This document shows positions 12,903 to 25,407 of a DNA stretch of 64,000 bases, piece by piece. Position 1 is the first letter of the stretch; each line of letters opens with the position of its first letter. The stretch covers positions 16,562,509 to 16,626,508 of the forward strand of contig JAHRHZ010000111.1 of NCBI GenBank assembly GCA_024137785.1. The letters run 5' to 3'. A program made the position numbers and the translations under genes. The notes below the pieces were generated by a model that was not told the origin of the DNA, did not search any database, and saw only the letters and a list, made by a program, of their open reading frames with translations. This DNA is from Ginglymostoma cirratum. Lineage: Eukaryota.

Positions 12903-13020
12903 TTTTGGAGTAGATCTGTAGCTCAGTTAGTGGGTGTTGAGGTTGGTTGGCTCGCTGAGCTGGTTTGTTGTTCCGCAGATGTTTCGTTACCGTGCTGGGT
13001 GACATCCTCAGTGCAGCCTT
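12903..13020 (-). mobile_element. Family-D Penelope-LTR-like fragment carrying a hammerhead motif
   Basis: GC-richer ~120-bp island in AT-rich DNA that ends in the hammerhead motif at 12973-13016. The Penelope link is inferred from the minimal-HHR architecture. Confidence 0.55.
12973..13016 (-). ncRNA. Minimal type-I hammerhead ribozyme motif (core intact)
   Basis: Minus-strand RNA: CUGCA-CUGAGGA-U-GUCACC-CAGCAC-GGUAAC-GAAA-CA-UC-UGCGG. Helix I CUGCA/UGCGG (5 bp, one G-U), helix II 5/6 bp, A15.1-U16.1 pair, AUC cleavage triplet. Confidence 0.7.
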
Positions 13021-14144
13021 GAGGCAATATTATACTACATTGCTAAAAGCAATTTTATAACTCCATTTACTTCCAAAAATACAGTATTAAAGTCTGCTAA
13101 TAAATGGGATCCTATTATGAAGTATTTAACTGAATTTTAAAGACGTATCAGGACCTCTTTTCATTTGCTCAATCAAATGGTATGACGCCATTGGGATAAC
13201 CATACCAATACTGCCCCAGTTCCATTGACATCTATGTCTCAATTTTTTTTCATGGAAATAAACAATTAATCAGGCAGCTTTTCAGGGAGACAAACAGGCA
13301 AATACATATTAGGCATGAGCATTTATTCCAATACTAATTGGTTTCATGTAACATTGATATAAGTGACCAGTCAACTCACAGCTTTCAATTATTTTTGGAG
13401 GTATTCCCATTTCTTAGTATAGTTGCGTTCTAGTTTATAAAACTAAATTAAGTGTAAGCCAAAATGTTCATGCATATAGTTACTCACTGCTAAATAATCA
13501 GTTTTAAAGCTCAATGATGAGGATTTCAAGAGAATCCTTTATTTTTAAAGCCACAAACAATCTGAGGAGCAGTCAATATTAGAATGTATGTACTGGCAAA
13601 TTGAGAAAAGAAAAGTTATATGAAGGTAATTGCAAATGGAATAGCGTAGACAATTTAGAATGCCATACAATATTTACCAAATGATTGTGAATGGTCTAAT
13701 AATTCATGAGTGACATAATCAGTCCCTCATGACAAAAGCATTGAAAAATATAATCCTTTCTGACATTAAAACATTTGGGATCTTTCTAATCAGCATAGCA
13801 TGAATAAATTATTTCCTGAGGGTTCATAAGGATATGAAAAAAGCATCATTTATTATGGGACAGTGCTGGTGAGATCACCGGTAATGATGAATTAGCCATA
13901 TAACATTAAACACAATGAAGGAATCGTTAGGAAATGTAATAGTTATTGAATTAATGCAGGTTATAAATTACAATTACAAACTTTTTCCAATTGAATATGA
14001 AATGATATGTTTGTGATGCTTGACCTTTATTGACCTCATTATTGTATCTTCGCATTATTATTCTATAAAGATGTTTTGAATATTAATGCTTCCTCCTCCT
14101 GAACAAGCAATAATGTTACTGTACATATAAGTTATTCTAATTTA

Positions 14145-14260
14145 AATAAAACAAAGAATGGATACTGGAAATCTGAAACGAAAATAGAAATTGCTGAAGA
14201 AACTCAGCAGGTTTGGTAGCAACTGTGGAGAGAAAGTCGAGTTAACATTTTGGGTCCTGT
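14145..14260 (-). mobile_element. Family-B Penelope-LTR-like fragment (older relative of family A)
   Basis: GATACTGGAAATCTGAAACGAAAATAGAAATTGCTGAAGAAACTCAGCAGG...GTGGAGAGAAAG...GTTAACATTTTGGGTCC. Similar to 39740-39830, 53340-53445 and 57375-57460. Confidence 0.6.
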
Positions 14261-14299
14261 AAATTATTCTAATGTTTAGCAGTCTTCTCTATCTTAGTT

Positions 14300-14560
14300 A
14301 GAGAGTCATACAGCACAGAAACAAGACCTTCAGCCTACCATGCCTTTGCTGACAAACAAGCATCAAACTACACTAATCTCATTTACTTGCAATTAGTCCA
14401 TAGCCGACAGTGCCCTGGCTTTTGAATGTTGCAAGAGTATTTTTATACACCACCTTTTCAGGCAGCACATTCTATCTATCTACTCCCCTCTGGGTGTAAA
14501 CAAATTCCTCATATCTCCTCTAAGCCACTTACTCCTCACCTCAAATCACCTCAGGTATGG
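14300..14560 (-). mobile_element. CR1 3' UTR fragment
   Basis: AGAGTCATACAGCACAGAAACAAGACCTTCAGCCTACCATG parallels the CR1 tail at 32241-32300. Confidence 0.65.
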
Positions 14561-14994
14561 CAGATGTCTAAGACTGTTGATTTTAGTTTAAACTATATTG
14601 ATCACCTATTGGCTCAGTGTACCATTGTCTACATCAAATGTTATTTCCTCCTCATCCATTTGTACCCCATAAATCCAGATCGCTCTTATGATAATTTTCA
14701 TAGCTTTCTATCCTTGTTGCAACTACTCTGACCGTAAGCTCCCTTATGATTCTCTACTGTTAGTTCTTTTGAACTCTTAGCAAAATTCGCTTCCAAACTT
14801 TTAGCTTCTACATGATGTTTTCATATGATTACTGTTGATTAACTTACTTTTGCCTCAGGCATTGCCACAGTTGTACTTGTGTTTTTCATTGTTACAGTTT
14901 TGATATACTCGTGAGTGATAATATTTTGAAGCAGTGAATATTTTCTTTGCTTTATTTGTGTTTTTGCCACTGGTAACGTTGAGGAAAAAAGTTA

Positions 14995-15220
14995 TACGTC
15001 AGCCATTGCTTAACATCTCTGAGTCTGAAGGTGCTGAATTTGTGTCTTAATACAAGACCTTAACCATATACATATTACGCCTGATTCTCCAGTGCTGAGG
15101 GAGTTCGGCACTGTCAGAGTTGCCATCTTCCAAACTGAGATGTCAAACTAACGTCTAATCAGCTTTTCTGGGCAAACATAAAAGACTCCATCACTAATTT
15201 GAAGATGAACATGTGAATAT
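14995..15220 (+). mobile_element. Decayed Deu-domain SINE
   Basis: CTCCAGTGCTGAGGGAGTTCGGCACTGTCAGAGTTGCCATCTT...GAGATGTCAAAC...TAAAAGACTCCATCACTAATTTGAAGATGAAC matches the Deu-type core seen at 59060-59180. Confidence 0.6.
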
Positions 15221-15444
15221 TGATACTGTCTCTCTGTGACATACTCATAAAATTTACATTATCTTTTGAGAAGAATTAGCTGTCATAGTGTTGAACAGCT
15301 TTTACCTTCTTCTGTGATGCAAACTTAATGTCTAGAGACTCAGTTGGCAAGTTATCACCATGGTTATCTTTTGTTTCCTTCTCTTCCTCGTGTGGCTATC
15401 TCTCACATCTTGTAATTTCTTGTACACCTTCTACAACGTAAATC

Positions 15445-15515
15445 AGTAAAATAACTTCAAAGGTTAAGATTAAGGCATGACAGGATAACTTCGCCAAGTG
15501 GAATGTCTGTCCTGG
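15445..15515 (+). repeat. 71-bp dispersed duplicate of 16510-16580
   Basis: 66/71 identical by manual alignment. Confidence 0.9.
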
Positions 15516-16499
15516 TCTGTTAACATACATTACAAGTGTTTTGATAAAGACTTCAAACTTATTAAATTTCTTTTGCTTTGAAACTTTTTATCATCTTCTG
15601 TAAAGCTTCAAAAGCACTTTATAACTTCTCTTAATCTTCTAACTTTTTTCGAAAACTTCCCTTGAAACCTTCAGATTTCAATGGGTAAAATACCACCTTT
15701 AAACATTTTCAGTTTCACCAAGGAATAGTAGCATCATATGGCCATAACTGAACTGACTGAAACATATTCAAAAGCCAGAACAAACAAGTTCATATTTCTA
15801 TTGCTATAGGTCTCTTAATTCTTCTGAAATCCATCCTAGGCCTTGCCCTTCCCTATCTCTATAACCTACTCCTACAACCCTTTTAAGACTTAGCTACTCT
15901 TACAATTTTGACCTCTTGCATATTTGTAGCTTTAATCTTTAGACTTTCAATAGATTAATTCCTAAACTCTGGACTTGTTTCCCTTAAAACTCTGCTCCAC
16001 TTTACCTGATTGCTTCCTTTAAGGTACTCCTTTAAATTCTATCTATTTGACCAAAGCTTTCAGTCTATGGAACAAATTTTGTTTAATAACACTCCTGAAA
16101 AGTGCACTGGGGCATTGAAATATGCAATATAAATCCCATGTGTAGTTGGATGTTTTTCTTCTTCCAGTCAGCTGATATCTAAACATCATGTTAATTATGT
16201 AAATGGTCATACAAGGTTCTTCTTAGCTTGATGACCATCTTTAACCAGAGTTTGGAAAAGTGACTGATGGGTCAGCACAGGGAAGTCATGAGTTATTTGA
16301 TTGTTGATTAGCTACAGCTGGGATCTCAGTTTCACGTCAGTAATTTTAATAGACATAAATTTCTAAGCTAGCACAAAAGTAAGAATTTATTGACATAGGA
16401 AAGGGAGCTGATTTGACAACAAGGGCAAAAATTTTCTGCTAATTTCCCATTTATACTTAATACTGCCAGGCCAAAGTTAAAGTAGGTTAAAATGCTTAA

Positions 16500-18600
16500 A
16501 GTTAAAGCAAGTAAAATAACTTAAAAGGTTAAGATTAAGGCATGGCAGGATAACTCAGCCAAGTGCAATGTCTGTCCTGGGGCATGTGAGCGATCATGGA
16601 TACTTCTTATGACCCTAGTCCTATAAGTATCACTGGTGGTACATGTTTGAGGTCCAGATTTCAGAGCTCAAGAAAATGCAGTCACTGAGGTAGATATTCA
16701 CTGATAGAGAATAGTAAGTTAATAGGTGGAGTCAGAGTAAAGGAGAAAGTAACAAAGTCTGATTTGGGGTTACAATGTGTGTGAATGAATGCATAGAATA
16801 AAGTTGATAAGATCAAGAAGCTACAGTATGCAGTGCCTTGTGTGATTATCGTGATGTGGTGCTAATGGAGATCCAGCTTGAGGAAGGTGGGATCTGAGTG
16901 TTAACTATTCCTAGTGACAAGGTGTTCAGAAAAGATAGGAAAGGAAAGGGAAAAAAAGAGGAATTTGACATTTTTAGTTAAGGAGAATATTGCATGTTGA
17001 TGAGAAAGAATGTTTCAGTGGGTTTAAGGACAGAAACAATTTGGTTTTATCCAAGGAATACGTAGGGTAAAATTACATTGGCCAGCATAATACGCGTCCT
17101 TTCCAATTGCTGGTGGTCAATAGAGTAACAAAACTGCAAAAAAATGTAAATATTATAGACTAGTTATTACGAAGGACTTTGGTTACTTATATATTAAAAA
17201 ATGGGATAAAGGGGCAGCAAGGGGCAAGGGGAGAAAGATTTGACAGAAGTGCGTGTACAGTCCAGCAAGAAAGGAGGGACGGCCAGATCTGATTTTTGGG
17301 AATGAGGTACTTGAAGTAGATCAAGTGACAGTGGGGGAACCATTTAGGGTACAGTGATCATTTTATAATAAGGTTTAGCAAGACTCTGGTAACAGACATT
17401 GGTCATTTAAGGAATGACTGAGCAAATTGCAGAGATGATGACAATAACCTTTCAATCTTCCTTGGATTCAGGTGTGGAGGATTGGAGAATTACAAAAATT
17501 GTTCAAAAAGTGTTATAAATAGCAGCATAGTAGTTACATATCTATCAGGCTAACTTCAGAAGTAGGTAAAGTTCTACAAACTGTTATTCGCTCAGAATTA
17601 GTAGTTACATGGATAAGTATGAATTACTTAAGAAAAGTCAGCATACATTTGGAAAATAATGTGTAACTAAATTGCTCATTCTTTTACAGTCAATGAGGGC
17701 AAGGTTATTTATGTGACGTGCATGGACTTCCAAAGGCATTCAATGCAGTGTTGCACAACAGACCAGTGAGGAAACTTATAAGTCACAAAATAAAAGGGCC
17801 AAAAAATGTGTAAATAAAATTTGCTGAGGGATTGGAAACAGTGTATTGGTTAATCGATATTTTTTGTGCTGGAAGAAGGTTTGTAGTGGAGCTTCACAGG
17901 GGTTGGGTTTGAGACTCTGGCTTTTCCGGGAATATATTAATAATCTGGATCTTTGTGCGTAGGAGACAATTTCAAAGTGTGCGATGACACGAAACTTGAG
18001 AGAATGTAAAACTTCAACAAGGCTTTGGCACGGTGATGGAGTTGGCAGATAGGTGGCAGATGAAGCTCAATATAAAGAAGTATGAGGTGATAACTTTGGT
18101 ACAAAGAACATGGAGAAACAGTATAAACTAAAGGGTATTATTCTAAGGGATGTACAGGGAGAGTAAGACCTGACTGTACATGCACATAAGTCATTAAAGG
18201 TGGCAGGATAGGTACAGGACAGTTAATAAAGCAAATAATAATCTATGTTTCATAAATGGAGGTATAGTGCACATGTGCAAGGATGTTATGATAAACTGGT
18301 ATAAGGCATTGGTTAGATATCAGCTGGAAATTTCTGTGCAGTTCTGAGCATCACATTTCAGGAAGGATCTGATTGCATTGGAGAGAATACAGAAGACGTT
18401 TATGAGAATAATTCCAGGGATGAGACTGTATTATATTAGCGAGGAAAGATTGGAGTAAATAAGGCGATTTTCATTGGAGAGGAGGAAGCAAAGGGCTAAT
18501 TTAATAAAAGGTTTTCAAAGGCACGAGTAGTCTGGAGAGTGTGTTTAGGAAGAAACCGTTCCTGCTCACAAACACATCAGGAACCAGAGGACAGAATTCT
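16500..18600 (+). mobile_element. Long, internally deleted, decayed CR1 LINE (ORF1 start, endonuclease, RT)
   Basis: MAG*LSQVQCLSWGM at 16542 (CR1 ORF1 start). GLQCV*MNA*NKVDK at ~16768 (endonuclease start). MDFQ/KAFNAVLH at ~17722 and KCA/DDTKL at ~17975 (RT). CR1 C-terminal motifs at 18300-18520. Confidence 0.85.
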
Positions 18601-19649
18601 AAAGCATTCCTTGCTCTGACACACACTCATCATTGTCAAGATATGGGAATAATATGATCATCAAAATCTAGTTGTAGTTGTTTTAATTGTTGAGGTAATC
18701 ATTTAATTTTGAGGTAAACATTTACTTTAACATACAAATTACTTTGAAATATTAATGTATGTAACTGATGCACCATTGTTATTTCTTGTGGAAGAAATGT
18801 TTTTGTGTGGTTAGATCCAACATATTGAAAAACTTAACATTATGAAAATAATTTCAACAGAAGAACACTTAGGAGAGAATATTAAGCACAATTTATGTTT
18901 CAAAATTATCCCAAATTATCTCCTACACAGTAATGAGACTGAGCAGAACAAAATGATTGCTAATTATAACATTGCTAAATGGTTAATTTTGAACATTTTT
19001 CAAAGCTTTCATATTTCTGAGTTGATCTAAGCAGCTTCACTAATATGAGCAAAAGTCTGCTTCAAAAAAGAATGATGTAAGCCACAAGTGCAAATGGACT
19101 ACTCATCCTTATTAAAGCTGTTCTGAGAACTTCTACCCATCAAAAATGGGTTAACATATGTTGGCGTTGAATTAAGAAAACAGGCATATGTTTGTTAAAG
19201 TCATGAATGATAAATTGACACAGAATAACATAGCAATGGAAGTGATTCACTTATTCAATGTGATTTGTACTGGTGAACTTCTCGAAATTTGACTCTAGAG
19301 TTTTACAGCAGAACCTGAAGGGATTATTACTGAGTGACATTTTGCTAACTATATGTTGTAGGCACATCACAATGTAGGGAGAGGGGGATGAGATTGAGAT
19401 CTGCATTGGGAATTCCTATAACAAGTTTGTTAAAAATCCTCTGATGAGCCCTATTTGATCCCAAAGATGGACTGACATATGTTAAATTGAATTACAAATT
19501 TCTGACACAGAGTTGTTTTCAAAAGGGATATTAAGTCAGTTGATTTACTATATATTGCATCATTGAATGGGTAAGTAAAGCCTAATAGGCATCCATTCTA
19601 TACATACGCTTCAGCAGTGACAGGGCAGGACTGTGATGAGACCACAACT

Positions 19650-19862
19650 AGAGTAATGTGTGCAATTTTGTCTCCTTATCTGAGAACGGATGTTCTAGTT
19701 ATGGAGAGAGTGCAACAAAGATTTTCCAGGCTGGTTTCTGGGCTGACAATACTGACATATAAAGGGAAACTGGATTAGATAGGGCTATATTCATTAGAGT
19801 TTAAAAGAATGAAGGGGTATTTCATAGAAACCTATAAAATTCTTAAATGGACTAGACAGGAC
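19650..19862 (+). mobile_element. CR1 ORF2 C-terminal fragment
   Basis: VQFCLL...MERVQQRFSRLVSG and GLYSLEFKRMKGYFIETYKIL-like translation. Confidence 0.75.
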
Positions 19863-20350
19863 AAGTAGAGAGCTGGTGCAGTTTTTTCAGTATATGTATC
19901 AATGTTTACCATTGAACATATCAATAAAGAATGATATTGCATTGGCTTTATAGAGTAATGTTATAGTGACCAGCACATCTAGTAATCCCAAGGATTGCCC
20001 ACTGATGGATATATCAGGCGGAAACAGTCTCAACCTATGCTGCTGATCTCAGTGTCTGAACTGTGCTCTGCACAGTTGGTTCTCAATGACACCTTGAACA
20101 GACGATTTAATACATGGTTGACTTCTCCTATCGAATGATCTGCTCCAAATGTTAGTCCTTTTGAAAATGATAGTTCTTTTATTTTGCTTTGTTTAAAATG
20201 CTGGTGATCATTATGCTGTTCAGCCGCACAATCAAAAAATCATGATTAAATGTATGGATAACTTGTAAATGCTAAAAATGTGAAGAAAAATATGGATAGT
20301 GCAAGAAGCATGCAGCAGGTCAATCATAAGGAAAAAAGACCACTTGTATT

Positions 20351-20397
20351 AGAGCTGCTTGACCTGCTGTGTTCATCCAGCCCCATGCTTGTTATCT
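20351..20397 (+). mobile_element. Family-A micro-insert with 10-bp TSD
   Basis: GCTGCTTGACCTGCTGTGTTCATCCAGCCCCATGCTTGTTATCTC is the reverse complement of the family-A core. CACTTGTATT at 20341-20350 and 20398-20407. Confidence 0.8.
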
Positions 20398-21053
20398 CAC
20401 TTGTATTTTAAATTTGTATCCTTTACCATAAACTAATTTAGGGCAATTAGTACCCAATAGTATTGTCGCTGTCTATTCATATGCTTGGTTGTACAGCTTA
20501 TAAACAGTGTAACTGAAGCAACTAATCTTCAACAAAGGACTTCTAAGGTGAAGTTTTAATGAACCTGTGACTCACTGGTTTCAAACCTTAAGGTCAAATA
20601 TGTTGTAGTTACATAACTGCTGATTTTAATCATTATGAATGACTGTTTATACAGCCAGTTCTCAGTCCATCGGTAATCCTGTATCTGTTTCCTGTCCCTT
20701 ATACACTCCTGAATATGCTCTCTAGTATAAACCCATAATTCATCAGAATGTATGCTAATTCATCTTAGTAAGGGTAGAAATCATCAGAGCAGGGTGAGAT
20801 CAGGTGTGGCTATGTAATCATAGATTTCACTCATCAATTATGACTGATTATTACAGACAGTAATTGGTCCATCAATAGTTCTATACTTGTTTCATTTTCA
20901 GAGAATTGTGTAAAACCTGTGCAACAATTTTTTTTTTGTTTTCTGTACAGTGAAAGCATGATACATGACTAAATATATTGAAATGATTCACAGAAGCTGC
21001 TAAAAGTAGGAAGGAGACCAGGGAGCATTCATAAAGAGAGAAGCTGAGTCAAT

Positions 21054-21530
21054 GGCCAGAATTTAATTGTCGCTGTGGTTGACGAGCCTACTGGTTAAAC
21101 AGCTAATGGCAATTATACGACAGCCAATTCCAGGAGACCCATCAGGATTACATTCTGTTGACATTACTGGGGACATATCAGAAATTACTGTTTAAGTTGG
21201 TCATTTCACTGTAAGGGCAGAGAAGTGGCTTCCTGCAGTGACTTCCTTGCTGAAAGTTGTCGCCTCCATTGGGCACAGGATGCACAAGAAAATTTACCTG
21301 CTTGATTGCACACAAAATATGGTCACCCTATTTGTTGGTTGATGACCAGTGATGGCAGAATTAGGCCGTTGAGTGGCCACTCAAGTGGCCTCAAATCACC
21401 TCCTGTCACCCTGGATCTAATTGGAAAGTATCAAGAGGGCAGTGGAGTCTCTAACTGCACCCCATATATAATTTATACAGCTTGTCTCTCTGTCCTAGCA
21501 CCTCTGCCCTGACAGCATTAAATTACACTC
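21054..21530. mobile_element. Possible non-autonomous DNA-transposon (MITE-like) relic with internal palindrome
   Basis: GC-richer block starting GGCCAGAATTT and ending AAATTACACTC. Perfect 16-bp palindrome TTGAGTGGCCACTCAA at 21369-21384. TIR/TSD not clean. Confidence 0.3.
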
Positions 21531-21569
21531 CACAATTCTTGTTGGTGGCCTTTGCTCAGTTCTGATGCA

Positions 21570-22019
21570 AACCAGGTCAGAAGTCGCATGACACCAGGTT
21601 ATGGTCAAACAGGTTTCTTTGAAAAGACAAGTTTTGGAGCATCACTCCAAAATATCAGACACAGTATCAGACACAGAACTTCTCAGTAAAATTCAAAGTG
21701 TCACACCATTGACAAGGATGTTTTAAACAAACCTAAGATGCTGATAAATCTTTAATCAGTTAGGTTTCAATTGATTAATATGTATATGTAGATCCCAGAA
21801 TTCCTTTCAAGTCAGTGTCCTGAGAGAACTAAAGGTTTTATCAGTGTAAAGATGAGGTGATATTTTAGGTTATGCATGTTAGGCATGTTAGGTGCAAGGC
21901 CTTGTTTAGAATCTGTTTGTGTTTTGGTTTGGAGTCAGACTAGTTTTATTTCTAAAGCAGGAATTTATAAAATGTCACATTGACTGGATTGAAAGGCAGG
22001 ATGTTAGAATTTGTTTGTT
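21570..22019 (-). mobile_element. Family-C Penelope-like element 3' fragment
   Basis: GTCAGAAGTCGCATGACACCAGGTTATGGTCAAACAGGTTTCTTTGAAA...TTTGGAGCATCACTCC is homologous to both arms of 44056-44260. The CUGANGA part of the ribozyme is missing here. Confidence 0.6.
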
Positions 22020-22947
22020 TGTAAAATGGTAGTGGGGGAAGAGTGCATGGTCCCTATAAAAGGTGTGTTTTTAGGCATGGAGATTAAAAAAGCATCTGCA
22101 GGCAGCAGCAAATGTACAGGGAGTTATTGAAATTGAAACATTACATTAAAAGGTTATATAGTTAGCAGGCAAAGCAGCATTTTTATCAAGACAACAGGTT
22201 TTTGAATTTAACCAATTAATTTAAACCAGGCCCTAGATATGAATACCCAATTAAATTTAAATCTGATGTTTTGACGACCTCAGACTAATCCTATTGTAAG
22301 AAATTAAGAGGTTATCAAGGGTATAAAAGAAAAGGACATTTGAAAATCAAGGTGAGAGCAAACTGCCATTTGTTAAGAGAACATCTCTCAACTGCCATCA
22401 ACTCTAAAGAAAGAGAAAGTACTGGCTCTCGTAGAAATCTCTAAGATCTCAGAGTAAGCACCATCAAAATAGAGGTACTACGTACTATTAGCTAATATTC
22501 CTGACACAATAATTCGATGGAGGAAGGTGTTCCTGACTGGAGGGCAGCGGAGAAGGCAAGGAACATTCCAGGAAACTTAGTCTGGCTGTAATTTTGAGAA
22601 AGTAAGCTTAATTGTTGAAAATTAATTTGGTTTGGGACTTGTAACTATTGGAATAGCATACCATTAGAACTTTGTTTTATTCAGGAGTAGTTAGTAGTTA
22701 AGGGGGAATTGTTCAGTTTGGAAGTATTTCTGTTACTTTGTTAACTGTTGGAGTTAGATAAATCGACTGTTACTTGCTGATTGTAGAGTGAGTGTCATGA
22801 GTTCACCTCCCCTTTATAACAGATTGGGAGGAGACAGGCAGGTTATACCACTTTTCACATTTCTTTTAACAGATTACAAGGTGAGGTGAGCTTCTCTGGG
22901 GGTTTCGGTGTTAATTATCAGAGGGGTTCAACCACTTTTTCATAACA
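22020..22947 (+). mobile_element. Probable solo LTR (~930 bp)
   Basis: Begins TGT and ends TAACA. CCAAT motifs at ~22213 and ~22248, TATAAAA at 22322, no ORF. 5' boundary uncertain (22002 or 22020); no clear TSD. Confidence 0.45.
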
Positions 22948-25407
22948 TCTCGAGGCTTAGATGGCCGTGCATGTTCCACTCAATAATTGATTATGTTCAA
23001 AGCTTGATTGCATCGGTTCATGGGAAATTTTCAGCTTGGGCTTGTACAAATGAGTTTGAGTGGACATTTTAGATGTCATTTTACCTGGGAAAAATAAGCT
23101 CAATTTCCTGCAATTTTTAAATGTGTTTTCCTGATAGCAATCTGGAGGTTTTTTTTTTTGCAAAGAGAACATAGTATGCAGAGGTCAATTAGTTCACTTG
23201 GCTGGATGCTTGGTTTGTCATTCATTGTGATACCCAAGAACATTTCTATTTCCATTCCAACTGAAGTCGCCACAAAAGTTTTGCCATCTCAACCTTGTCC
23301 CTTGCCTGAGGTATGTTGACCCTTGAGTTAACCTCACCACCAGTTGCCTCTCTCTCCACTGCTTTGGAATGACGGCAATTTTCACTTCAACTCCTAGCAT
23401 CCAGCACTGCATTTATTGTCAATAGCATCTTGGAACTTTCTGTTTCAGGTCATTAGGCTATGACTAAATGCAGTTTCCAAGGAGAACAACTTACATGATA
23501 ATTATTCCAGGTTGAAAATTTAAAAAAAAAATCCCCTTGCAAATTCACATGAAAAGACTTGTGTCACTTTGTATTTGTTGAAAAGGGTTTTCATTTAATT
23601 CTAGTCTTGGATTCCACAAGCCTACATTATTAATGTAGATCTTAATTATAGATGCAGGGTTTATCTGGGTGGTTGCTGATGGCACACGTATTTTGATTGA
23701 GTCTAATAGCTTACATAGGAAATGTTCTTATTACACATTTCTACTTGATTGAACACTACTGGATTCTATCTTTCTTGCCTTGAGAAACAATTGCCTCTAT
23801 TGTCTCGCAACACTCCATTTCTCTACATATGACAATGATGAATACTGAATCTTCATGCAAAGGAAGTGTATTGTAATACCATCTCGGTGCATAGCTCAAG
23901 AATATAATTATGATTCATGGATATTTTGGTGTGAAGTGACAATAAATGACAATGTCATGCATGGTTGTGACCTGCAAAATAGGATATATATCATCTTGTA
24001 TATCTTACAGCGCGTGGTCTGTGTATTAAAATAAATTGAGATTGGTGACACCATTTATTTGATACAGTATTATAGTTGTCATTTATCAGTGGACCAGAAC
24101 ACGTTCTGCCTTCACTGTGACAGAAAGGCCTGAGGCTCATATTAATGTCAGAATCATTATGGAAGGAAATGCTCATTTAGAGTTGTCTTTTCTCCCACCT
24201 TTTTCTAAGGAAAGGAAACAGCACCACTTGATATTAAAAAAAACCCACCAAATTTATTAGTTTATGAAGTTCCTTAGCCTAAATAATCCCAAACCACATT
24301 GTTTTATAGAGATTGACTTGCAGAATCCACCAAAATGTATTATTACTAGTTAGCTTAACTCATATTCACGTTGCCAGTGGGTGTGAAGGAGTTAATGCTG
24401 TTACTTCACTGCACTGCATAACAGACATAAAATTCATTGCAAAGGAAAGCATTAACCTTGGTCTAAAATGATGCTCATTCACAGCCATTTGGTGGGGTTT
24501 AGTCATGGAAGAGAGCTAGTGTAGAGCATATTCCGAAGGCCACTAGGAATGAAGATCTCAGTTATGTTCCCAATTATCTTAAATAAATAAAGAAATTCAA
24601 ATTACACAGAATAACTGGTCCTGTTAGCAGGCACGCATGGAAACATTTCCATCACTGACTTTAATATTTTAGTGGACTACACCCTAACGTCTAGTACAGG
24701 GCTAATTAATACCCATAAGCACTCAAATCAGAGGCACCAGAATAGATCATTTAACTCTCTGAATCCATTCTGCAATTGTTAATCCATGCCTTCATTCCAC
24801 TTACCACCCTTGATTCTGTAACTCTTAATATGTCTATCTAACAAAAAACCTAAGGCATCTCTACCTTGGCCAGAATGTGTTGAGATTGCAAAACTCGCTA
24901 CAACCAAGAATAATTGAGACAATTAATATGGATGCACTTAAGGGGGGTTTACCTAAGCCTGTGAGGGAAAAGAGACTAGAAAGTTATGTTGATAGAGGAA
25001 AAAGAAGCAGGTTGGGACTAAGGAAGCTCAAGTGGAGGACAAAGCCTGTAATGACCTGTTTTACTGCATGAATGCCCTGTTTTAGTGCGAATATTATTCA
25101 GCAGTTTGCATCCTGTGGTGTCACTCAACAATATTGCATGTTTATACAGCACCTTTAACATTCTAAAGCAATCCAAAGCATTATATGGACATTTTTAAAA
25201 CAAAATTTGAAACTGAATCGTAGGAACTGTTGATTAGTTCAGAGGCAAATATTGCAATATCGCTTTGAGAACTTGCAAATGATCAAGAACCAGGAAGTAA
25301 AGCAGCATGTGACCATCGATCAGTTACTGTTAGAAAGTAGAAAGTAACTGCAGGTATTGCAGTGAGTACTGAGGACTACTCAGTTCCAAAAATATACCTG
25401 GTTGGTG

